This document shows positions 21,489-32,008 of a stretch of DNA of 64,000 nucleotides, in pieces (the stretch's first letter is position 1; each line of letters begins with the position of its first letter). The DNA lies in NCBI GenBank assembly GCA_963797555.1, contig CAWCPV010000014.1:160001-224000 (forward strand), given 5' to 3'. The position numbers and the translations under genes were made by a program. Under the pieces are notes generated by a model. It saw only the letters and a program-made list of their open reading frames with translations. It had not been told where the DNA came from and made no database searches. Source of the DNA: an uncultured Gammaproteobacteria bacterium. Lineage in GTDB: Bacteria > Pseudomonadota > Gammaproteobacteria > CAWCPV01.

Positions 21489-21961
21489 GGAGGTGGTTGT
21501 TGGTCGGGATGCTCGTGGCCGCGGCGTCCACCACCGTTGCGCTGTGCGACCAGACGCTGTTCCAGTTCAAGGACGAGGCTCAGGAGGAGCGGTTCCGGAG
21601 CCTCACCTCCGAGCTGCGCTGCCTGGTCTGCCAGAACGAGTCGCTGGCCGATTCCCAGGCCAGCCTGGCCGACGACCTGCGGCGCGAGGTCTATGAGAAG
21701 ATGCAGGCCGGGGCGAGCAACAAGGAGATAGTCACCTTCCTCGTCGCCCGCTACGGCGACTTCGTGCTCTATCGTCCGCGCGTCAAGCCGGTCACCTACC
21801 TGCTGTGGTTCGGACCGGCCGCATTCGTCGTGCTGGGCCTGGGAATTCTGCTCTACACGGTGCGTCGTCGGGCCCGCAAGCCCGAGGCCGCGCTGACCGA
21901 GGAGGAGCGGCGGCGTCTTCAACAAGTTCTCGGCGGGGCCGATGAGAAGGGTGGGCCATGA
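21485..21961 (+). CDS. ccmH: CcmH
   Basis: LRCLVCQNESLADS; RYGDFVLYRP. Confidence 0.95.
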   Translation: MRRWLLVGMLVAAASTTVALCDQTLFQFKDEAQEERFRSLTSELRCLVCQNESLADSQASLADDLRREVYEKMQAGASNKEIVTFLVARYGDFVLYRPRVKPVTYLLWFGPAAFVVLGLGILLYTVRRRARKPEAALTEEERRRLQQVLGGADEKGGP

Positions 21962-23670
21962 TTTTGTTTTGGGTCATCGTTGCGGTCATGATCGCCTTGT
22001 CTCTGGCCGCTCTGCTGCCGCCTCTGCTGGGGCGCGGGCGCGATACCGGGATCCCCAGAGACCAGTTGAACATCGCCATCTACAACGAGCGTGTCGCGGA
22101 GCTGGGGGCCGACTTCAGCCGTGGCCACCTGACTCAAGGTCAATACGAGGAGACCAAACGGGAGTTGGAGCGCGAGCTGTTGGCCGACGTCTCCGGCAGC
22201 GCCAAAGGAGCAGCTCCGGTGCGCCCGAGCCGAAGCCCCGTCACCGCCGTGCTGGTTGCGGTCGCAGTGCCCCTGCTCTCGGTCGGGCTGTATCTGAAGC
22301 TCGGCGACCCTCGGCTGCTAGGTGAGCGGGGCCCCGCGGGCTCGCCGACTGAGGCGCAGCGCGCCATGCCCTCCATCTCGGACATGGTCGCCAAGCTGGA
22401 GCGACGCCTGAAAGATGAGCCGAAGGACGCCACGGGCTGGATGATGTTGGGGCGGTCCTACGTCGTGCTGCACCGCTACGGCGAAGCGAGCGATGCTTAT
22501 GCGAAGGCCTACGCGCTCGTGGGGGATGATCCGGCGTTGATGGCTGACTGGGCGGAGGCTGCCGCCCTGGCCAACAACGGTCAGCTCGGCGGCAGGCCCG
22601 CTGAGCTGGTGGACAAGGTGCTGGCGACGCAGCCGGACAACATGAAGGGCTTGTGGCTCGGCGGCATGGCGGCGTTCCAGGCGGGCGACTACAAACACGC
22701 CGCAGAGCGGTGGGGCCGTCTGGCGCCCAAGGTCCCCGCGCAGACCGACGACGGCCGCCTTGTCCGCGACTATCTGGGCCAGGCACGGTCTCACCTTTCG
22801 CCGGAGGAGTTGGCGCGTCTCGCGCCCGAAGGGACGCCGAGCGCCGCGGAGGACGGTACGAGCAAGGCCGGCTTGAAGGTGGAGGTGACCTTTGCTCCAG
22901 CCCTAGCCGGTCGGGTGTCCCCGAATGACACCGTGTTCGTCTTCGCGCGCGCCGCCAGCGGTCCGCGGATGCCGCTCGCGGTCCTGCGCAGCCCTGCGCG
23001 GGACCTGCCGGCCACGGTGACATTGGACGACTCCATGGCCATGGCGCCTGCGTTCAAGCTCTCCAGCTTTCCTCAGGTGGTCGTTGGTGCACGTATCTCC
23101 AAGACGGGCAACGCCACGCCCGAGGCTGGAGACCTGCAGGGCCTGAGCGCCCCTGTCGCCTCCGGGAGCCAAGGGCCGGTGCGGGTGGTGGTGGACCAAG
23201 TGGTCGGCGAGAACAGTAAAGCGATGCCGGAGAGCGCGCCCATCCCGGCCGAGGCGGCGGTTGGGCAGAGCGCGCCGGCGGCTGGGGCGCCGCCGGGTGC
23301 GTCAGAACCCTCGCCCGAAGGGGTCCCTGGCAAGGTGGTGGTGCGTGTGACTCTGGATAGCGCCCTCGCGGGTCGCGTGACGCCCGAGGAGACCGTCTTC
23401 ATCTTCGCGCGCGCCGCCCAGGGGCCGCGCATGCCGCTCGCCATCGCCCGCAAACAGGTGAAAGACTTGCCGGCCACGGTGACTTTGGACGACGCCATGG
23501 CCATGGCGCCGGCCTTCAGGCTCTCGCTGTTTCCGGAGGTCACGGTGGCGGCGCGTGTCTCGCGTGCGGGCAACGCCATGCCTCAGCCCGGTGACCTGGA
23601 AGGGCTGGCGGCGGGCGTGCGGGTGGGCGGTGCGCCCGTGAGTCTCGCCATCGACCACGTCGTGCCGTAG
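21958..23670 (+). CDS. ccmI: CcmI/CycH with duplicated C-terminal domain
   Basis: N-terminal TM + TPR (GWMMLGRSY), two copies of VF(V/I)FARA..GPRMPLA..LPATVTLDD.MAM. Confidence 0.92.
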   Translation: MILFWVIVAVMIALSLAALLPPLLGRGRDTGIPRDQLNIAIYNERVAELGADFSRGHLTQGQYEETKRELERELLADVSGSAKGAAPVRPSRSPVTAVLVAVAVPLLSVGLYLKLGDPRLLGERGPAGSPTEAQRAMPSISDMVAKLERRLKDEPKDATGWMMLGRSYVVLHRYGEASDAYAKAYALVGDDPALMADWAEAAALANNGQLGGRPAELVDKVLATQPDNMKGLWLGGMAAFQAGDYKHAAERWGRLAPKVPAQTDDGRLVRDYLGQARSHLSPEELARLAPEGTPSAAEDGTSKAGLKVEVTFAPALAGRVSPNDTVFVFARAASGPRMPLAVLRSPARDLPATVTLDDSMAMAPAFKLSSFPQVVVGARISKTGNATPEAGDLQGLSAPVASGSQGPVRVVVDQVVGENSKAMPESAPIPAEAAVGQSAPAAGAPPGASEPSPEGVPGKVVVRVTLDSALAGRVTPEETVFIFARAAQGPRMPLAIARKQVKDLPATVTLDDAMAMAPAFRLSLFPEVTVAARVSRAGNAMPQPGDLEGLAAGVRVGGAPVSLAIDHVVP

Positions 23671-24409
23671 CCGGCAGAGGCAGTGAAGGAAAGGGTCGCG
23701 AGCGGCCCGAGCGCAGCGACGAGACAGTCGAGTCGATAGGCGGCGAGGAGCGACCGAATGGCAGGACAGCCATTCGGCACGTCCGCAGGACGCCCCAAAG
23801 GGGTGGCGGTACAGGGAGGTACGCCATGACCACCGCGCAAGGGACGCGCAGCAGAGTCTAATTCACACGCCCTCCGTGCCGGGCTGATCTGGGACCCGCG
23901 ACGCGGTGACTCGCCGGCGGGATGGATTCGCCGTCGCTGTGGCTTGCTCCGGCAAGGTTTCCGGACTACACTGCGCGCGGCCAATAACCGAGCCGTCACG
24001 AAAGGATTGGGCGATGATAACTCAGGTCCACGCTGACCTTCGAGGCGATCCGGGGCCGGGCGCGCTCCCGCCCGATCAGACACGCGTCTTCATTACCTCG
24101 TCCGCGCTTCGCCAGCCCTGAGCCGGCGTGGCGTCCTCTGCTTACGGCGATGGGTCCGGCCCAGGCTATCGTGCGGTATAGAGCTGGCGCCGGCGCGGCC
24201 GGGGACCCGCTCAGGCGTTGCTGCGTCGCTTGCGGTATCGCCCGAGGGCCCACCGGCGGAGCTGCGGGTGCCATCGTGCGCATCACATCGGCGCGCTCTG
24301 CCCCGTCGTGGGGCTCGGGGATGCGGCCGACAAAGCCAGGCGTTGGCGCCGGCGTCTCGCCTGATAGGATTGCGCCGCTGTGGTACCGCGTTTGCAGAGC
24401 ATCTCGGGC

Positions 24410-24973
24410 ATGATGGAACCTGGCCCCGCCGCACCGCCTGTTGCCCCTTACTCTGCTACGGGGAGCGCGGGCGCTCCGCCGACACGGCGGTTCTGGCTTG
24501 CCGTCGGCGGCGTCTACGTCGTCTGGCTGCTGCTGGTGATGTCCCTCGATCCCAGCGAATGGGCTGCGGGCGCCGTGGTCGCCGTCGTGACGGCGCTGCT
24601 CGCCACGCCGCACCTCGCCCTGTTGGATGGCATCAAGCTGAGCCCCAAGCTCCCTTGGCATGTCCTGCGCTATCTCCGGGTGTTTCTTCAGGCTCTGGTG
24701 GAGTCCAACGTCGACATGGCCAGGCGCGTCCTGTCGCCGAGCCTGCCCATTCGGCCGGGGATGGTCGAGGTATTCACGCGCCTGCAGTCCCCCCTCGGGC
24801 GGCTGCTGCTGGCGAACAGCATCACTCTGACTCCCGGGACCCTGTCCGTCGACGTGCTGGAGGACCGCATCCAGGTGCACTGGATAGACATCAGCCCGGG
24901 CGCTGACATGCTGAATGCGACGCGGGCCATCGTGGAGCAGTTCGAGCGGTACCTTCGGGAGTTCCTGGAATGA
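24410..24973 (+). CDS. MrpE/MnhE-like subunit (MbsA-like)
   Basis: SNVDMARRVLSP..IRPG; LANSITLTPGTLSVD. Confidence 0.9.
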   Translation: MMEPGPAAPPVAPYSATGSAGAPPTRRFWLAVGGVYVVWLLLVMSLDPSEWAAGAVVAVVTALLATPHLALLDGIKLSPKLPWHVLRYLRVFLQALVESNVDMARRVLSPSLPIRPGMVEVFTRLQSPLGRLLLANSITLTPGTLSVDVLEDRIQVHWIDISPGADMLNATRAIVEQFERYLREFLE

Positions 24974-25230
24974 GTGCCCTGGCGTGGGCGGCCGCGGCCC
25001 TGCTGGGGGTGGCCGTGCTGCTGAGCACGGCGCGGCTGTTCCTCGGCCCGACTACCCCCGATCGCGTCGTGGCGGCAGACACGCTGGCGGTGGTGACCAC
25101 GCCGGCCCTGGCCTGGGTGGCCAGCGTCTTCGCCAATCCGATTTACCTGGACATCGCGCTCGTCTACGGCGCCCTGTCTTTCGTCGTGGTCGTAGCCATC
25201 GCCCGTGCTCTGGAGGGACCGCGGTCGTGA
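24970..25230 (+). CDS. MrpF-like subunit (MbsB-like)
   Basis: GPTTPDRVVAAD; YLDIALVY. Confidence 0.9.
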   Translation: MSALAWAAAALLGVAVLLSTARLFLGPTTPDRVVAADTLAVVTTPALAWVASVFANPIYLDIALVYGALSFVVVVAIARALEGPRS

Positions 25231-25550
25231 GCGTCGTGGGCGACCTGCTGCTGCTCGTCGGAGCGGTCTTCATGCTGCTCGGTGCGGCGGGGCTGCTGCG
25301 CATGCCGGATGTTTACACCCGCCTGCAGGCGGGCACCAAGGCGGTGACCCTGGGCTCGCTCGCGCTGCTCGGCGGGTTGGCGGTGCATCATCCCGGTTGG
25401 CTGCCGAAGCTCGGTCTGATTGCCGTTTTTGTTCTGCTGACCTCGCCCATAGGGTCTTCCACCATCGCGAGGGCGGCGCGCGTGACCGGGGTGAAGCCTT
25501 GGCAGTTGCCGCAGGATCGCATGTCCCAAAACGGGGAACAGGGCCAATGA
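25227..25550 (+). CDS. MrpG-like subunit (MbsC-like)
   Basis: GLLRMPDVYTRLQAGTKAVTLG. Confidence 0.9.
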   Translation: MSVVGDLLLLVGAVFMLLGAAGLLRMPDVYTRLQAGTKAVTLGSLALLGGLAVHHPGWLPKLGLIAVFVLLTSPIGSSTIARAARVTGVKPWQLPQDRMSQNGEQGQ

Positions 25551-25804
25551 CCTGGGTCGCTCTGGCCACGGTGGCAGTGATGTTGGCGGCGGCCATCGGG
25601 GTGGTGGTGCTGCCCAGCTACTTGGCCGCAGTGGCGGCCTCTTCGGTGGTGTCCCTGGCACTGTCGGTCCTGTTCGTCGTGCTTCGGGCACCGGACGTCG
25701 CGCTGGCCGAAGCGGCCGTGGGAGCTGGGTTGTCGGGCCTGTTGTTCGCCCTCACGCTGAGGCGCGTTGGGCTTTGGAGACAACGCGAGGAAGACGATGC
25801 GTGA
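25547..25804 (+). CDS. DUF4040 subunit (MbsD-like)
   Basis: LRAPDVALAEAAVGAG. Confidence 0.88.
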   Translation: MTWVALATVAVMLAAAIGVVVLPSYLAAVAASSVVSLALSVLFVVLRAPDVALAEAAVGAGLSGLLFALTLRRVGLWRQREEDDA

Positions 25805-26483
25805 GGTCGCCGGGTTGATCTTCGTCCTGGGGCTGACGCTGCTGCTCACCGGATTGGTAGCCGGTCTGCCCTTCGGGGGTGCGCCCATGGAGGTGGGTCA
25901 GGCGATCGTCCGCGCGGCCCCGGATCAGGTGGGTACCGCCAACATCGTTACCTCGGTGGTGCTCGCTTATCGCGGCCTCGACACTCTGGGCGAGCTGAGC
26001 ATCCTGTTCGTGGCCGCGACCGCGGCCGGGATGGTGCTCGGCAAGCGCCGTCCCCAGGCACCGCGCGACCCTCCGGGTGGGTTCATCCTGCGGACCGCGG
26101 CCGACATGCTGTTCCCGTTTCTGATCGTGCTCGGGGCATACATCATCCTGCACGGGCACCTCACGCCGGGCGGAGGTTTTCAAGGGGGTGCCATTCTCGC
26201 GGCTGCCTTCGTGATCCCCCTCCTGGGGCGGCCTGCTACACCTTTCGACGAGCGGCTTGCGGCCGTGATCGAGGGGCTGGCGGGGGCGGGGTTCATCGCC
26301 TTGGGTCTGCTGGCGCTCTGGTCCGAGGGTTATTTCCTGGCCCCGCTCTTGAGCAAGGGACAGATCGGACACCTGTTCTCCGCGGGGAGCCTCCCGCTGC
26401 TGTATTTGGCGGTGGGGCTCAAGGTGGGCGCGGAGCTGGCGAGTCTGCTGGTGCGCCTGTCCGATGCCGAGGCGTCCGACTGA
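25797..26483 (+). CDS. MrpB-like subunit
   Basis: NIVTSVVLAYRGLDTLGE; HGHLTPGGGFQGG. Confidence 0.9.
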   Translation: MREVAGLIFVLGLTLLLTGLVAGLPFGGAPMEVGQAIVRAAPDQVGTANIVTSVVLAYRGLDTLGELSILFVAATAAGMVLGKRRPQAPRDPPGGFILRTAADMLFPFLIVLGAYIILHGHLTPGGGFQGGAILAAAFVIPLLGRPATPFDERLAAVIEGLAGAGFIALGLLALWSEGYFLAPLLSKGQIGHLFSAGSLPLLYLAVGLKVGAELASLLVRLSDAEASD

Positions 26484-26938
26484 TGCACGCGGCGCTGCGC
26501 GATACCGTGGTGCTGGGTCAGGTCTTCTATGTGGGTGCTCTCGGTCTGGTGCTGCTCGGCATCTTCGCCGTGACGGCGCTGCGGCACGTGGTGAGGGTGA
26601 TCCTCGGTCTGACCCTGCTCGAGTCGGGCGTCAACCTGTTCCTGGTCGCGACCGGCTTCCGGCCTGACGCGGTGGCGCCGATCCTGGTTGGCCAAGCGCC
26701 GCTGGCCGCCATGGTGGACCCCATTCCCCAGGCACTCATCCTGACCGCCATCGTTATCGGCGTGGGGGTGCAGGCGGTGGCGCTAGCCCTTGCCATACGG
26801 GTATACCGCGCCTACGGAACTCTGGATGTGCGCGTGCTGGCCCGGGACCTCGCCTCCGAAGAAGGGGGCGGCGCGGGGGAGGGCGGCTCCGCAGTTCCCC
26901 GACGCGGGCGGCCCGTGTTGCCTGGGGAGGTGTGGTGA
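26483..26938 (+). CDS. MrpC-like subunit
   Basis: DPIPQALILTAIVIG; YRAYGTLD. Confidence 0.9.
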   Translation: MHAALRDTVVLGQVFYVGALGLVLLGIFAVTALRHVVRVILGLTLLESGVNLFLVATGFRPDAVAPILVGQAPLAAMVDPIPQALILTAIVIGVGVQAVALALAIRVYRAYGTLDVRVLARDLASEEGGGAGEGGSAVPRRGRPVLPGEVW

Positions 26939-28407
26939 CCGACCCGGTGCTGATGGTGGCGCTGCCCATCCTCGGGGCATTCCTGTTGCCCCTCGCACAG
27001 CGAGTCAGCCCTTGGGCCGGGCGGCTGTTCGGTCCGCTCTTGCTGGTGCTGGTGGGCGCGGTCGGGTGCCTGCTGTGGGTCGATGTGCAAGGCGGCGGGC
27101 CTTGGGCCGTCGCCGTGGGAGGCTTCGCCGCCCCGCTGGGGATCGTCTTCTACGTCGACACGCTCGGCGTGCTGTTCGCGCTCTTGGTGACGGCCGCCGG
27201 GCTCCTGCTCTGGCCGCTCGGGCTCCACGATCGCTTGCGCGAGGGCACCCTCACCCTGCTGCTGGTCGGCGGAAGCTGCGGATTGGCGCTGTCGGGCGAC
27301 CTGTTCAACCTGTACGTGTTCTATGAGCTGGTAGCCGTGGCTTCTTATGGCATGGCGAGCAGCGGCGGGCGACCTCGCGGTTACGCGGCGGCGGTCCGCT
27401 TCCTGGTGTTGAGCGCACTCGGGTCCGCCCTCGCCTTGCTCGGCATCGCCCTGATATACGGCGCCACCGGCACCCTGAATCTGGCGCAGCTCTCGAGCGT
27501 CGCGGCCGACGCCCTGTCCGGTCCCCTGGGCCTCGGGGCTTTCGCCCTGATGATGGTGGGCTTTGGCGTCAAGGCGGAGCTGTTTCCGGTCAACACCTGG
27601 GTGCCCGAAGTCTACCGCACTGCCCCCGCCCGTGTGTCCGCGTTGCTGGGGGGTGTGGTATCCAAGCTCGCGCTGTTGATCCTGCTGCGCCTGCTGGTGC
27701 TGATCTTCGGACAGTCGCCGGCTCCGCTCCTGCTGCTGGCGGTGGGCGTATTGGGGCTGGCGAGCGGTGAGCTGGCGGCGCTGCGTGCGCCGGACCTGCG
27801 GCGGGTGCTGGCGTACTCCTCCATCGGGCAACTGGGGCTGGCCGCCGTGGGCCTGGCGGTCTCCGGACCGGCGGGGGTAGCGGCCAGCGTCGCCGTGGCG
27901 CTGCACCACTTGGTGGTGAAGCCCGCCCTGTTCCTGTTGACCGACAGCTGGGGTGGTCCCCTGGAGCGGCTGCGCGGCGCCGCGCGAGCGTCCCCCCTTG
28001 GGGCCGGCCTGTTCCTGCTGTTTGCGTTGTCCTTGGTCGGGATTCCGCCGCTGCCCGGTTTCTGGGTCAAGTTTCTGCTGATGTCTGCCCTGATGGGGGC
28101 AGGATCTCCCGCGTACACGGCCGCGCTGATCGTCGTGATGGTGGCTACCGTGGTGGAGGCAGCATACCTGTTCCGCATCGTGCGCCTGCTCTATCAGTCC
28201 GAGGCGCCCGTCCTGCCGGGTCCGGCATCGGTGCAGCTAGCGCCGGCCCTGGCCCTGGGGAGTGCGCTGGTGATGGCGACTTTCCTGGTGACGCCTCTGT
28301 CCGCGGGGCTGTCGCACCTCGCTCGCCAAACGGCCGACGTGTCCGGCTACGTGCAGACGGTGTTCCCCTCCCGTCCACCGGGCTTGGCCCCTTACAACCG
28401 CCCATGA
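26935..28407 (+). CDS. MrpD-like proton-translocating subunit (MbsH-like)
   Basis: GDLFNLYVFYEL; KAELFPVNTWVPE; LAYSSIGQLG. Confidence 0.9.
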   Translation: MTDPVLMVALPILGAFLLPLAQRVSPWAGRLFGPLLLVLVGAVGCLLWVDVQGGGPWAVAVGGFAAPLGIVFYVDTLGVLFALLVTAAGLLLWPLGLHDRLREGTLTLLLVGGSCGLALSGDLFNLYVFYELVAVASYGMASSGGRPRGYAAAVRFLVLSALGSALALLGIALIYGATGTLNLAQLSSVAADALSGPLGLGAFALMMVGFGVKAELFPVNTWVPEVYRTAPARVSALLGGVVSKLALLILLRLLVLIFGQSPAPLLLLAVGVLGLASGELAALRAPDLRRVLAYSSIGQLGLAAVGLAVSGPAGVAASVAVALHHLVVKPALFLLTDSWGGPLERLRGAARASPLGAGLFLLFALSLVGIPPLPGFWVKFLLMSALMGAGSPAYTAALIVVMVATVVEAAYLFRIVRLLYQSEAPVLPGPASVQLAPALALGSALVMATFLVTPLSAGLSHLARQTADVSGYVQTVFPSRPPGLAPYNRP

Positions 28408-30266
28408 CCGCCCTGGATCGCCTCCTGCTTCTCAGCGCCCTGTCCGGCGCCGTGCTGTTCTGGGTCGGTCGGCGGCGCTGGGCGGGGTGGCTGAGCGTGG
28501 GTCTCTACGGCGTTCAGCTCGCCCTGTTGGCGGCCCTGCTGCCGGAGCTAAGCGCCGCGGGCGGTGCCGCGTCCTCGGTCGCTTTTACCGCCTTCGGCAA
28601 TGGAGTGGCGTGGTCGCTTTCGGGATTGGGCTGGTTCTTCGCCCTGCTGACCGTGGGCACGGCGCTGTTCTGCGCATGGTTTTCGGCGGGCGAATGGGGG
28701 CGCCACCAGAGCGGCTTACGTCTGTTTCACGGCAGCCTGGCGCTCAATGTCCTGGCGATGCTGGTGTTGCTGTCCAGCGCCGACCTGCTCAGCCTGTTCA
28801 TCGGCTGGGAGCTGGTGAGCTGGGCGAGCTACCTGATTATGACCCAGCGCGGCGGGGTGGCTGAGCGGGCCGCATTCCGCTACCTCATCTACGCCATGGT
28901 CGGCGCCATGGCCGTGCTGTGCGCCGTGGTACTCGCATACCTGCAGGTCGGCTCCCTGGGCCTAGCCGAGCTGCGCGCGGTCCTTCCCGAGCTTTCCGAC
29001 GGGGTGCTGTGGACGCTGGTGCTGCTGTTCGCCTGCGGCTTCGGCATCAAGATGGCCCTGGTGCCGTTTCACCTCTGGCAGGCCGAAGCCTATGCGGAGA
29101 CGCCGGGCCCGGCCACCGCCTTCGTCAGCGCCATCGCCGCACGCATGGGGCTGTTCGCGTTGCTGCTCGTGCTGATGCAGTTGATCGGCGCCGACCGCCT
29201 GACCCAACTGGCGCTGCCTTTCACCTTCTGGGATGCGCGCGAGCTGCTCGCCTGGGTCGCTGCCGTCACCATGGTGGTGCCGACCTACATCGCCCTCACC
29301 CAGAACGACGCCCGCATGCTGCTCGCCTGGCATGGCATCGGGCAGGGGGGCTACATGCTCCTCGGCGCCTTGGTGGCGACGCCCATGGGCGTGGCCGGCG
29401 GGCTGATGCACGTGTTCAACTACGCGACTTACCAGGCACCGCTGTTCCTTGCGGTGACCGCGGTGGCCTACCGCACCGGGACTGCGGATCTGGACCGGCT
29501 CGGCGGCCTCATCACACGCATGCCGCTGTCCTATGTCGCAATGTTGATGGGCATCATCGGTCTGGCGGGTTTGCCGCCCATGAACGGCTTCGTGTCCAAG
29601 TGGCTCATCTACAAGGCGCTGCTGGATGCCCGCATGCCGCTGCTGTTCGTGGCGGCCGTCGTCGGCACACTGGGGACCATCCTCAGCGTGTACAAGCTCA
29701 TCCACAACACCTTTCTGGGTCAACTGCGGGTCGAGCATGAGCAGGTCCGGGAGGTCCCCTGGAGTATGAGCCTCCCGATGCTGGCCATGGCGGCCATCGC
29801 GTTCATCACCGGGTTCATGCCCGGACTCGCGCTCGATCTCGTGGACGTGGCGCAGCCGGTTCTGGGCGTGGCGCCCCTGCCCCATCACCTTGGCGGCGTC
29901 GACTGGGCCACCGGCAGCCTGAACATGCTCTGGGTCGTGGGGGCGATGCTCGGATCCATCGGCTTCGGAGCACTGGTGTTCTTGATGGGGAACCGCAGCT
30001 ACCGCGTACACCAGTTGGACAATTACGCTGGTGGGCACTTCCTCTCGGCGGAGGTCCGCTACCACTACAGCCACGACTTCTACGCCGGCCTGCTGCGGGT
30101 CATCGGCCCTTGGTTCCGCGGCAGCGTCCTGTGGGCGGAGAGGGGGCTGGTGTCCCTCGCGGATCTCATGGCGTCGGCGATGCATGGCTTTTATCGGGCG
30201 GCTTACACGCCGCTCTATCTCCTGGCGGGTGCCGTACTCGCCCTGTGGTGGATGATGGGGGGCTAG
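28404..30266 (+). CDS. MrpA/D (NuoL)-like subunit (MbsH'-like)
   Basis: LFIGWELVSW; KMALVPFHLWQ; AGLPPMNGFVSKW. Confidence 0.9.
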   Translation: MTALDRLLLLSALSGAVLFWVGRRRWAGWLSVGLYGVQLALLAALLPELSAAGGAASSVAFTAFGNGVAWSLSGLGWFFALLTVGTALFCAWFSAGEWGRHQSGLRLFHGSLALNVLAMLVLLSSADLLSLFIGWELVSWASYLIMTQRGGVAERAAFRYLIYAMVGAMAVLCAVVLAYLQVGSLGLAELRAVLPELSDGVLWTLVLLFACGFGIKMALVPFHLWQAEAYAETPGPATAFVSAIAARMGLFALLLVLMQLIGADRLTQLALPFTFWDARELLAWVAAVTMVVPTYIALTQNDARMLLAWHGIGQGGYMLLGALVATPMGVAGGLMHVFNYATYQAPLFLAVTAVAYRTGTADLDRLGGLITRMPLSYVAMLMGIIGLAGLPPMNGFVSKWLIYKALLDARMPLLFVAAVVGTLGTILSVYKLIHNTFLGQLRVEHEQVREVPWSMSLPMLAMAAIAFITGFMPGLALDLVDVAQPVLGVAPLPHHLGGVDWATGSLNMLWVVGAMLGSIGFGALVFLMGNRSYRVHQLDNYAGGHFLSAEVRYHYSHDFYAGLLRVIGPWFRGSVLWAERGLVSLADLMASAMHGFYRAAYTPLYLLAGAVLALWWMMGG

Positions 30267-30267
30267 G

Positions 30268-31179
30268 ATGGACTGGGGGCGTTTGGTTCCGCAGCTCGTT
30301 CTCATGCCGCTCATCGCCTTCGGGGTGGGGCTGGTGATGGTGCTCATGATGCGCAAGGTGCGGGCACGCATCGAGCGGCGCATCGGGCCGCCGTTCCTGC
30401 AGCCTATCTACGATATCGCCAAGCTCTACAGCAAGAGGAGTCAGATCTCCCATGGGGCGATGCACGACATCGCCACCATGATGGTGCTGGGTGGGATCAT
30501 CACCACGGTCCTGTTCCTGCCGGTTCCCGGGATGGAGGGTCTGGCGCGCCAAGGAGATCTGCTGACCCTGCTGTACCTCATGATGGTGCCCTCCCTGGGG
30601 ATGGCCCTGGGGGTGGGCCAGTGCGCCAATCCGAACGGATCCATCGGGATCTCCCGCGCCCTCACCGCCATGGCCGCCTACGAGGTGCCCTTCATCATCG
30701 CCGTGGCAGGAGCGTGCATCACGTACGGCACCACCAGTCTGCCGGACATCATCGCGGCTCAGCAGGGGAGCGGCCTGCAGGGGTGGGGCCTGGTCTCCAT
30801 GCCGCTGCTGGCGTTGGCCGCCCTGATTGCGACCCACGGCATGCTGGGCAAGGAGCCCTTCGAGATCTACGTGGCGCCTGCCGAGATCGCGACGGGGCCG
30901 ATGGTGGAGATGAGCGGAAAATACCTCGGAACACTGTTCGTGATGCAGTGTTTCCAGTTGTACACCGTGGGTGTACTCTATGTCGTACTGTTCATGGGCG
31001 GCGGCCGGCACTGGTGGGCTTTGCTGCCCAAGGTGTTCGCTGTGGTGTTCGTCTCGGTGGCGATCACCAACGTCTATCCCCGCTACAAGACCGACGATGT
31101 GGTGCGCTGGATGTGGAAATGGCCCACGGCCATCGCCCTCCTGGGACTCGCCTTCGTGATGTTCAGAACAGGCCAGTGA
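30268..31179 (+). CDS. NuoH-like subunit (MbsM-like)
   Basis: RKVRARIERRIGPPFLQPIYD; EIATGPMVEMSG. Confidence 0.9.
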   Translation: MDWGRLVPQLVLMPLIAFGVGLVMVLMMRKVRARIERRIGPPFLQPIYDIAKLYSKRSQISHGAMHDIATMMVLGGIITTVLFLPVPGMEGLARQGDLLTLLYLMMVPSLGMALGVGQCANPNGSIGISRALTAMAAYEVPFIIAVAGACITYGTTSLPDIIAAQQGSGLQGWGLVSMPLLALAALIATHGMLGKEPFEIYVAPAEIATGPMVEMSGKYLGTLFVMQCFQLYTVGVLYVVLFMGGGRHWWALLPKVFAVVFVSVAITNVYPRYKTDDVVRWMWKWPTAIALLGLAFVMFRTGQ

Positions 31180-31249
31180 TCGAGAGCCGCGTTCCTGGCT
31201 GCTCGGACCCTGGAGGGTGCCATAGCGGCGCGCGGCGTGAGGTGGATCC

Positions 31250-32008
31250 ATGAGCGTGAGCGCCAAGATGATACCCGTGTACCGCGACCCCGATACGGAC
31301 ATCGCCTGCCGGCAGGTGGACCGGGATGAGCGCTCTGCGTTGCGCAAGGTTCTGGATCGCATCGCCGATCACTGCCGCGCCCGCTCCCTGTTCGTGCTGC
31401 ACTACTGCACGGGTTGCGGGGCCATCGAGCTGCCGCCGTCCATGACCTCGCGCTTCGACTTGGAGCGCATCGGTATGCAGCCGATGGTAACGCCGCGTCA
31501 GGCGGACGTCCTGCTCATCACCGGGTACCTGTCGGTGAAGACCTTGAAGCGGGTCATTCTGACCTACGAGCAGATGCAGGCGCCGAAGTACGTGATAGGC
31601 TTCGGGTCGTGCACCATCAACGGGGGCATGTACTGGCACAGCTATGCGACCATCAAGCAGCTCGACCACTACATGCCCGTCGACATGTACATCGCCGGCT
31701 GCATGCCGCGTCCGGAGGCCATCCAGCAGGGCTTCCTGCAGCTCATGGAGAACATCGACGCCGGCCATGCCCGCGCCTGGGAGGACTATTACCGGCGCTA
31801 CGACAACTACCTGGCGAACCAGCAGTACCTGTTCGGCAAAGACTTCCACACCCCTACGGACGTGGTGGGGGAGGCGAAGCGCTACCGGTTGCTGGGCGAT
31901 CAGACGCTAGGGGTGCACACCGCGCTGCTGGAAAAGTACGCCGCCTACCATGAAGAGCTGGGCGTGCGTATCCCGGCACCCCGCGAGGAGGAGAAGGTCC
32001 CGCTGTGA
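31250..32008 (+). CDS. NuoB-like Fe-S subunit (MbsJ-like)
   Basis: HYCTGCGAIE; PRQAD; GSCTINGG; GCMPRPE. Confidence 0.92.
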   Translation: MSVSAKMIPVYRDPDTDIACRQVDRDERSALRKVLDRIADHCRARSLFVLHYCTGCGAIELPPSMTSRFDLERIGMQPMVTPRQADVLLITGYLSVKTLKRVILTYEQMQAPKYVIGFGSCTINGGMYWHSYATIKQLDHYMPVDMYIAGCMPRPEAIQQGFLQLMENIDAGHARAWEDYYRRYDNYLANQQYLFGKDFHTPTDVVGEAKRYRLLGDQTLGVHTALLEKYAAYHEELGVRIPAPREEEKVPL

